Source: Alloascoidea hylecoeti
Lineage: Eukaryota
Length of the DNA stretch: 57,173 nt
Assembly: GCA_001600815.1 (NCBI GenBank)
Contig: BCKZ01000024.1
Span: forward strand, 186,001 to 243,173
Direction of reading: 5' to 3'
The stretch's first letter is position 1; every line of letters begins with the position of its first letter. The notes under the pieces were generated by a model. It worked only from the letters and a program-made list of their open reading frames with translations, did no database searches and was not told the DNA's origin. This document shows, one piece after another, positions 49,200 through 57,173 of this stretch. The position numbers and the translations under genes are program-made.

Positions 49200-49740
49200 T
49201 CGAAAAATAAATGAAAAAATATATGCTTACATGTATTTATTTTTGTAGATAGTCAAGTGGAGAGCCCGTTAATGTTTTCTTCAAGCGCTCTTCTATAGTG
49301 ACTCTCATTGCAGCTTCATTGAATTTGATTTGATTTCTTCAATCATTTCTTTTACTGGATCTTCTGTTATACGAGGAGTGATTGCAATGCTTGTCGTTAC
49401 ATCAGTTAAGTGCGTAGCTGAAGGCCTTTCTATATTTGTAAGTAAATCACTGGTCAGGTTGTGATCTGATACATAAGTAGAGCGCCACCAATAAAGGCCC
49501 ATCAGCTCCATGGGTTGCCTCATCTTTTCCCATGGACATCACACACACTCTAAGTCACTGCAAGTGTTTTTCATGGGTGGCTTTATCAAGTGTTATGTCA
49601 CTTCTGCCTATGGGTCCCTTTCATTTTCAGGGGAGATAGTTGTTTTCCTTATCTTTTAACTTGTTGATGAATACCAGGATCAAATGGGTAGATAGTAGAT
49701 ACCGGTTGATTTGAAACCAGATGTGATGCTGTCTTTTTCT
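49200..49740 (-). mobile_element. Degenerate pogo/Fot1-type (Tc1/mariner superfamily) transposase C-terminal relic
   Basis: Removing a 7-bp duplication (TATCTAC) gives DSITSGFKSTGIYPFDP..INKL, the post-DDE 'I.SGF..TGI.PFDP' motif. The downstream sequence has stops and frameshifts. Boundaries are approximate. Confidence 0.6.
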
Positions 49741-49789
49741 TTTTTCTTTCTTGTTTGATAATCCTAGTATTACTTCCCTTTTTTATGTA

Positions 49790-50170
49790 TACTCGGGTAT
49801 AAAGAAAATCGTCTTCCTGGAATCGGTGTCATTGGAAATCTGGTAAGTAAAAGTTCAAATTTCCTTCATGAATCTATATGTTTTCAATAGAGAGAAGCAA
49901 GAAATATCCAGAACTTATGATATCTCCGGCATATGTATCGGGAGAATCAACAAGTCTATCATACGTTTCTTGCAGCTATCTACGAATTTAATAGTTACAG
50001 TAGTAGAATACCGAAGGAGAATAAGAACTCTTCATTGAGTATGATGAATTGTATCCACTATTTAATTTGAACATGTAAAGAACCTTTTTTATTCCTCTCC
50101 TACTCTCGGAAATATTTTGACAATGGGTTTTTTGATATAAAAATAACCATATGGGAAAATAGAACCATTA
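49790..50170 (+). pseudogene. Possible decayed PAH (Sin3-type paired amphipathic helix) domain gene fragment
   Basis: GTAAGT 49843..AG 49890 intron, then YLRHMYRENQQVYHTFLAAIYEF and, in a shifted frame, FEHVKNLFYSSPTL..F. Stops are present. Confidence 0.3.
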
Positions 50171-50199
50171 ATGCAATACAAGTAATGTAACTAGTTCCT

Positions 50200-50231
50200 C
50201 TGAGGAATCAACTGAGGAATCAACTGAGGAA
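50200..50231 (+). repeat. About 2.7 copies of the 12-bp unit CTGAGGAATCAA
   Basis: Read directly from the sequence. It lies next to the duplication breakpoint. Confidence 0.85.
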
Positions 50232-50308
50232 GAGACAGAATTTTCACTGAAACTAGCATCTTCCTGGACTTTCCAACATCTCCAAAAACAACCAGTCTCA
50301 TATGAATT

Positions 50309-51392
50309 GTATTTTAGTTGGTGATGATGGTTGTGTGATTAATAACAATAATCCAAGATAAAAAAAAATTTCCCATCTGCAAAACAACAATTACAAACGA
50401 ATTGAAAAGATCATGGGCTGAATTAACCCATTTAGCAATACTTGATACCTATGGAGCACCAAAAACAGCACAAATTGATAATAAAAAACAGAAAAATATA
50501 ATTACAAAATATTAATCGATATCGGCATCTAAACAAAAACAAAAGCAGACAACAAAAGAAATTAAGGAAATTAATCCATCTGAAAAACATACAAATGAAA
50601 TAATAACATTCATTAAAAAATCAAGGTCTCCTGCATTAATAATGTACTTTAAAAAACATAAATTATCACCAGATTTTAAACTTGAACCATTTGAAAAATT
50701 TAAAGTAACTCCTACTCCATTACATCCCCCAACATCAATAAACAATCATTATTAGTTACAATTAAATCAAATCCTGAAATAAAGAATGAGTTTGGTAAAG
50801 TTCCTTATGATCTTATCCCACAAAATGATAACAATAATAATGGCGGTGAAGTTACAAAAAGATCTTTTCAAGTTTCCAGACCTTTAAAGGGAATTGGGAA
50901 AAAATAAATTGGAGAAAATTCATCTAAAGGAAAACACTAAAGGTAAAAGTAAAAAATCTCAAAATTCATCAACTAATGTTATAACATCGATCGGACAAGA
51001 TATTAATTTAAGCGGATTAAGTGATGAAGCTAAAATGAAATTAATGAGAGAACAGAGAGCAAGAGCTGCTGAAGCCAGATTTAAGAAGACACAAAAGGGC
51101 AATTAAACTTCAATGAAATATTGATCATTATACGTATAAACCTAATCGAGTTTGAATCTGAAGTAACAAGTGCAATTGTATTAACGTATGGTCATTTTCA
51201 TGTCATATACATATTTTCTTAAAGTCAATTAAAAATAGCCATGTATTGCTGTTATAAAGGTCGTTAACACTCAACCATGACGAATAACGGTTATAGACCT
51301 CGAGCTCTCAAACAGGGTTTCAGTTTGCTGTAACTGTTCTTAAATCATGGTGAGTGCCAACGACCTTTATAAGTAAGCAAAACATGGCACCA
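50309..51392 (+). pseudogene. Inverted partial duplicate of the VMS1 3' part plus 3' flank (left arm)
   Basis: Aligns with the reverse complement of about 52099..53317. It carries frameshifts and internal deletions but keeps the terminal ...REQRARAAEARFKKTQKGN* intact. Confidence 0.92.
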
Positions 51393-51910
51393 GCATAAAT
51401 ATATTAGTAGATATTTTTTTCCAAAACGGTGTGATTGATAATTGCGATGGAGAAAGTTTGTTGTGACCCTTTTTATATACCGGAGAAAATATAATTTTAA
51501 TTCGGCTCGATTCGGATATACAGATATCGGATGTGAGTTCGATTTTCGATACGAGATTCGGTCCGGCAAAATTACAGTCGGCTAATATCTTCCAGTTGGC
51601 TTAGGGTCAAAAAGAAAATTGGTTATCAGTAGATGATTCAGATGAACAATGGCACCCAGTCAGGGTTTGATTCTCGAGCACCGCCTCATCATCTCAGAAA
51701 TGGTTTTGTTTTTCTTCAATCTAAGCTTATATGGGTTTTACTGTTCCCATTTCTCATTGACCGAATGGGCGAAGTGATGGGACTATGGGACTAACCCGGC
51801 TCTTAACTTACCGGAACAACTAACTGTCCCGTGGTTTTCTGGGGGCAGTCTTCCCCAATGACCATCAAATACCCTTATTGGGGAGTAGGCTTCTTTCTGA
51901 ATATTATACA
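51393..51910 (-). mobile_element. Possible truncated solo-LTR-like element in the inverted-repeat spacer
   Basis: The minus strand begins TGTATAAT at 51910, is more GC-rich with no credible ORF, and has a TATATAAAAAG box near 51479. I found no matching ..CA end or target-site duplication. Confidence 0.3.
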
Positions 51911-52412
51911 TTAATCTTTAGAATTTTTATTTACTCGGGATCGTGTGGTTAGCTAGATAATAGTAAACAAGTAGTGAGTCTTGTAAGAATTCGCGAATTA
52001 ATATTACTTCATGCTACTAGCTTAATTTGCTAACTAGTGGTGAATAATATTGGCAGAAATGTACTATGATAGTTCATTAAGTTAGGTATTACTTTTAACT
52101 TGTTGTCATGCTTTGCTTGCTTATAAAGATCATTGGCATTCGCCATAATTTATGAACAATTAACAAACTCAAACCCCTTTTTGAGAGGTTTATCAAGATC
52201 GATAACTGTTAGTCATCATGGTTGAGTGTTAACGACCTTTACAGCAGCAACATATGACTATTTTTAATTGACTTTAAGAAAAAAATACCGTATAAAGTTT
52301 ATATATTTACATATAACTAGAAAATGACTACATATTAATACAATTGCACTTGTTACTTCAGATTCAAACTCGATTAGGTTTATACGTATAATGATCAATA
52401 TTTCATTGAAGT

Positions 52413-54461
52413 TTAATTGCCCTTTTGTGTCTTCTTAAATCTGGCTTCAGCAGCTCTTGCTCTCTGTTCTCTCATTAATTTCATTTTAGCTTCATCACTT
52501 AATCCGCTTAAATTAATATCTTGTCCGATCGATGTTATAACATTAGTTGATGAATTTTGAGCTTTTTTACCTTTACCTTTAGTGTTTTCCTTTAGATGAA
52601 TTTTTTCCAATTCATTTTTAATGAATTCGTTTTTTTCTGCCTCTTTCTTCAATTTTTCTTGTTTCAATAAATTCTCTGATTCTTGTTTTGTTAATGGTGA
52701 CCCAATATGAGTTGATTTCCAATCCCATTTATCTTCACCCAATAAATGTCTTGATACTTGAAAAGATCTTTTTGTAATTTCACTGCTATTATTAGTATCA
52801 TTTTGTGGGATGAGATCATAAGGAACTTTACCAAACTCATTCTTTATTTCAGGATTTGATTTAATTGTAACTAATAATGATTGAATAATATGCGATGCGT
52901 TTAGTGATGCTGCATAATGTAATGGAGTTGGAGTTACTTTAAATTTTTCAAACGGTTCAAGTTTAAAATCTGGTGATAATTTATGTTTTTTAAAGTACAT
53001 TATTAATGCAGGAGACCTTGATTTTTTAATGAATGTTATTATTTCATTTGTATGTTTTTCAGATGGATTAATTTCCTTAATTTCTTTTGTTGTCTGCTTT
53101 TGTTTTTGTTTAGATGCCAATAATTGTTCATTTTGTAATTGTATTTTTTTTTGTTTTTTCCCATCAACTTGTGGTGTATCAAGTATTACCAAATGGGTTA
53201 ATTCGGCCCATGATCTTTTCAATTCTTTTGTTGTTGCTCTTTTTGTTGCAAATGGGAAATTTTTTAGTCTTGGATCATTGTTATGAATTACACAACCATC
53301 ATAACCAACTAAAATACCCTTATTTCTAGAACCATTTGCCCTAATATAAATTGAATGTGCACCGTTAATATAATTTTTCCATTGTAATAATAGTTCTCGT
53401 ATATCCGTTTCTAAAGCAGCTTCATTATAACGTCTTAAATTTGAGCCAGCAGAATTTGCTTTACCTTTTGCATTATCATTTGCAGATTGTGAACCACCTT
53501 GTTTTCGTCTTGTTGTATATCTATGAAATGTTTTATGTTCGATTATATTAATTGATTGAAAAACTAATGGATCATTTGATTTATTTAATAAATTAACATT
53601 TTTTGGTTTATGTGATATAACTGCACCAGCAAAATGACCTCCACCAATCATAAATAAAATTGAATAATCATTAATAGATTTATTTAATGATAATAATGAT
53701 GAGATTGGATTTTCAAGTTCCTGTTTGTTGAATATATGTTTATAAAGTCCAAAACTCTTTGATGATGATAATAACTTTGAATTAAAATAAATGAATGGCG
53801 ATCTTGTATTTAAAAAACTAATTGGATTCATTTCATCATTTTCATTCCCATCATTATCAGTAGATTGTACTGTTGTTGAATTTTCAAAAATTGTATTTAA
53901 TTTATCATTAGCTTGACGATTTGAGTATAAATCGTTTCCATCTTTATCATTATCACCGTCATCATCATCATCATCATCACCAGAAGATAAATCAGAACTT
54001 GAAATACTTTCATCCAAATTATCAATCAATGATTCAAAATCTTTTTCATTTAAAGGATCAAGACCTTTTAATTTTCTTTTGAGATTGAATCGATATAAAT
54101 CACTTTTATAGTAACTTCTATCAATAGATTCAGACGAATTATCAATAATTAACTCGTTATTATTATTATTAGTATTAGTAGTATCATTTAAGACTGATTT
54201 AAATTGTTTATCAATTGACTCAAATTCTTTTATGCTTTGCTGCTTTTTCTCTTGTAGAGTTGGTAGTATATCTTGATCTTTTAAGGACTCTTCAATCCTC
54301 ATAGTTGAAAAATTTAAATCAAATGATAATAATTGAAGAGAATTAAGTAAACTTTTTGATAAATCATAGACATATAAATCATTAAAATTGAAACTTGAGT
54401 TTGCAGTTGAATTTTCTGATTTCTTAACATCATCACCATTTTTTGAATTCATATTAGACAT
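52413..54461 (-). CDS. VMS1: Vms1/ANKZF1 ribosome quality control tRNA endonuclease and Cdc48 cofactor
   Basis: GGGHFAGA, HKTFHRYTTRRKQGGSQS, SAGSNLRRYNE, ankyrin TPLHYAA and C-terminal VIM (REQRARAAEAR). Confidence 0.95.
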   Translation of the reverse strand: MSNMNSKNGDDVKKSENSTANSSFNFNDLYVYDLSKSLLNSLQLLSFDLNFSTMRIEESLKDQDILPTLQEKKQQSIKEFESIDKQFKSVLNDTTNTNNNNNELIIDNSSESIDRSYYKSDLYRFNLKRKLKGLDPLNEKDFESLIDNLDESISSSDLSSGDDDDDDDGDNDKDGNDLYSNRQANDKLNTIFENSTTVQSTDNDGNENDEMNPISFLNTRSPFIYFNSKLLSSSKSFGLYKHIFNKQELENPISSLLSLNKSINDYSILFMIGGGHFAGAVISHKPKNVNLLNKSNDPLVFQSINIIEHKTFHRYTTRRKQGGSQSANDNAKGKANSAGSNLRRYNEAALETDIRELLLQWKNYINGAHSIYIRANGSRNKGILVGYDGCVIHNNDPRLKNFPFATKRATTKELKRSWAELTHLVILDTPQVDGKKQKKIQLQNEQLLASKQKQKQTTKEIKEINPSEKHTNEIITFIKKSRSPALIMYFKKHKLSPDFKLEPFEKFKVTPTPLHYAASLNASHIIQSLLVTIKSNPEIKNEFGKVPYDLIPQNDTNNSSEITKRSFQVSRHLLGEDKWDWKSTHIGSPLTKQESENLLKQEKLKKEAEKNEFIKNELEKIHLKENTKGKGKKAQNSSTNVITSIGQDINLSGLSDEAKMKLMREQRARAAEARFKKTQKGN

Positions 54462-54754
54462 TTTTGAAGATTAATAGTGAGTGAGTAAGTTATCTGAATT
54501 ATTTTGGGGAAATGTTTTCTATTTTAATGTAAAATATTGAAGGAAGTTCAAAAGGAAGGGAAAATTAAAGGGGGATGTGCACGTGATAAAGGACTCATAA
54601 TAAACACTTATTTCTTTTACAGCTAATTTTTATATGCAACTAATTAAGATTGAAAAACTTGAATAGAACAAATCCTTAAATTTTGAATTTTGTAAAAAAG
54701 ATTTTAATTTTAATTCATCTTTTTTCACAACTTTCTCTAATCATCCCGAATTTA

Positions 54755-55752
54755 TTATTCCAATCTACCCATAAATAAAACCCTCACAACTATATCACCA
54801 ATCCTCATAAACATTTTTAAAAACGAGAATACATTTTTCAGGTGGTGTAAAATAATGGCACCAAACAATAAACCTCCTATCACAAAACATGTGGTATATA
54901 ATCCGAAGTAACATTCTATAACAGCGGATACAAAAGGCCTGAAAGTCTTGAGATAGGGCCGTCAAAGATACAATGTAAAATTTTTTTAAACTTATAATTA
55001 TTTCCATTTAATTTGTATTTGGTCCCACATACTGTTAACACATTCATTTCCATTGTAATGGAATTAATTAAAATCGTGGTGGATATTACTATTAATATTT
55101 TAAAACCTAGATTTAAATAGAATGGTAGCTTTTCTTCATTTTGGTATAAAATGATAGCAACGGTAAAATCAACGAAGGCTGTTATACAGGAAAACACCGT
55201 TATTACCATTTTAAGGCTCAAATTCAATTTGGTTTTGTTTCCGATAAAATTTAGAAGTTTTAAAATTGTTTGACCATTTGCCAATAGAACTATTTCTAGA
55301 ACTTCTGACATCAGAGCCAGTGTAGCACTAGTGATGGTAAAATACCAAATATTCTGTTCAAAGTGATCAACTAACCCCATGCCATGTTTACATTTTGCAT
55401 TGCAAAAAAACGAATTGAAAGAGTCAACAATAGTGATAGAGATCGAGTTGAGTATAAGTAAACTTGAAGAAACATATACATAAGCTTGTCTTTTTTTTTA
55501 GGGGCATTTCTAAGGTTGTAAAAGGAGTAGTTTTTTGATCACCATTTGTCTTAAATAACGGGGTTGTCTTGGAAGATGTAAGCTCGCACTATTATAAATA
55601 TTTGATCTTCTGATTTTAAATCGTGGTTGAGGCTGATTTGTTGATGTTATATCTTTACTTATAACCCATTGTGCTTTTTTACCTTTTTCTTCATGCTTTG
55701 GCAATTCTAGGCCAATTGCGTTATCACTTGATATTTCTATCATCGATTGCAT
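54755..55752 (-). pseudogene. Fragmented multi-pass membrane protein gene (pseudogene or assembly indels)
   Basis: ORFs 55752..55510 and 55380..54916 are in the same frame and are bridged by a shifted open frame between two homopolymer runs. A further hydrophobic segment follows in another frame to 54755. Confidence 0.45.
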
Positions 55753-56439
55753 TTTATCATTTGATTGCCGGTTTTTTTAGTTCACTAGTTGATGCTGATA
55801 ACAATTTTTTTTGGAATTGAGATGTTGAATGTAGATTGTTTCAAATCCAGATTTCGTTTTGTTTTTGTGTAGCGCTTAAAAAACTTGAAAATTTAGAATA
55901 CATATTTACACATAATTAGTGCTATAACCAAGTTATTATTAAGAACGGCGATATACAATATGTTTATGAAAACTAAATCTTAAATTTATGATTCAGATTT
56001 AGTATCCGTAATATCTGATATCATTCGAACCTCATTCATAGGTGTCCGAACTGTAGGCTCAATTACAATTCATAAAGCCATATATACCGGTATATTTAGA
56101 GAAGCTTTTTTTATATAACTGTAAGTACAAATAAATATATAAACTATAATATACATATACATGTACACTATATTGATTACATTAAATACAATAACTATAG
56201 CTATAGTAATAGTAATTGGTAGATACACTAGCACATTAACTTTTATTTACGACTCTTCAAATACCAAGGCTAACGAGAATCATTTTTATTCATTAAGATT
56301 TATGATTTAGAGAGTTTACAGTTAGACGCAGCAGAATCAATATTTCCTTGAAACAGGTGTATAATTAAATCTTTTTTTTCCACTGCCAAAAAGTTATAAC
56401 TTTAAAACGTGTATCAATTCAAGCCTTTAAGTCCAATAT

Positions 56440-56820
56440 CAGTTACAGAAACTCTAGAAATATTCCTTACGGGAAGAAAACCGCAGTGACGCTTCAATCA
56501 AGCCGAAAAGATCCACATGCATTATGAGAAACAATTTTGGCTGCAATTGTAAGGTTTCTAGAAAACTCGATGCGACCTACAAACCACGGGATTAAACCGT
56601 CAAAATCCAACTATTCTGAGGACAAGAACTCGTGTTAGAAAGCCAAATTTTTACCTATGCCTGAAGGACAATTATTACGTATGGTGCCTGCTGACCATGA
56701 TTTTCAGTTGTGTCTAAATTCCCCAAAATGTTGAAAGAAGGCGAGAAGTTTTGCGAATATTTCAAAGACACTATAATCCTCATATGTGGGAATTCCTGTC
56801 CATAAATCAGTAAAGTAACC
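56440..56820 (+). mobile_element. Possible Tc1/IS630-like transposase relic
   Basis: Frameshifted pieces TGRKP, NNFG...VSRKT..DL..HGI...K and NVERRRE resemble the Tc1/IS630 HTH-linker region. Many stops are present. Confidence 0.25.
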
Positions 56821-57173
56821 AGTTGTCCGGGAAGTGGATAATGATTTGTGTGAACTTAATTAACGAATTGCTATTGTTATTATTAGTAAGATTTGTGAAA
56901 ATATATTAATATAATTTGAGAATAATATTAACACATCATGTGAAAGAATTATTAGTAATTTTCATGGCATATAATTAGCAGCAGAGAAAAATAATAATGG
57001 TGTGAATCATCCCTTAAACATTTGTTCCGGGATAATACTAATGAGAATATTTTAATTACCTGACACTAACTACAATTATTTAATCATTTGTGTGAAATAT
57101 ACAATGTCCATCTATTACAACAATATCAAGGACTACAAAACACATCACCGAATCTCCACGTACTACTCTACTC

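Noticed and set aside
51600..51690. tRNA-like TTGGTTA and GGTTTGATTC boxes
   Set aside because: I could not build a cloverleaf, and the T-loop lacks the invariant C.
51805..51815. AACTTACC resembling the U1 snRNA 5' end
   Set aside because: It is not ATACTTACCT, and there is no U1 stem-loop or suitably placed Sm site.
54579..54720. CACGTGA plus an AT-rich tract as a point centromere (CDEI/CDEII)
   Set aside because: No convincing CDEIII. It is better explained as the VMS1 promoter E-box.
1..57173. CRISPR arrays, rRNA or prokaryotic systems
   Set aside because: The window holds eukaryotic spliced genes throughout, with no repeat-spacer array or rRNA signature.

Overview
AT-rich, intron-rich budding-yeast (Saccharomycotina-like) nuclear DNA. 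CTG encodes conserved Leu in the PQ-loop gene, so the code appears standard. About 20 protein genes can be recognised after manual splicing: HMI1-like helicase (partial), VPS52, HAL5-type kinase, YPQ-type PQ-loop transporter, CFEM GPI protein, GID11, FUS3/KSS1 MAPK, divergent RPL30-RPL24, STU2, SPT6, TED1, a LIM-only LRG1 derivative, RPN7, RAD28, DAS2, FRG1, PEX13, SBH1, AIM10, SAS3 and VMS1, plus two orphan ORFs. I inferred about 26 introns. Highlights are: (1) a conserved L30 autoregulatory kink-turn over the RPL30 5' splice site; (2) sharp promoter-centred GC peaks in the first 13 kb; (3) a well-formed orphan gene with V/P/T/Y repeats; (4) a rearranged zone at 49-57 kb holding a pogo/Fot1 transposase relic, a possible PAH-domain pseudogene, and a ~1.1-1.2 kb inverted duplication of the VMS1 3' end around a ~0.7 kb LTR-like spacer. 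Family calls come from remembered motifs, not database searches. I found no tRNA, rRNA or CRISPR.
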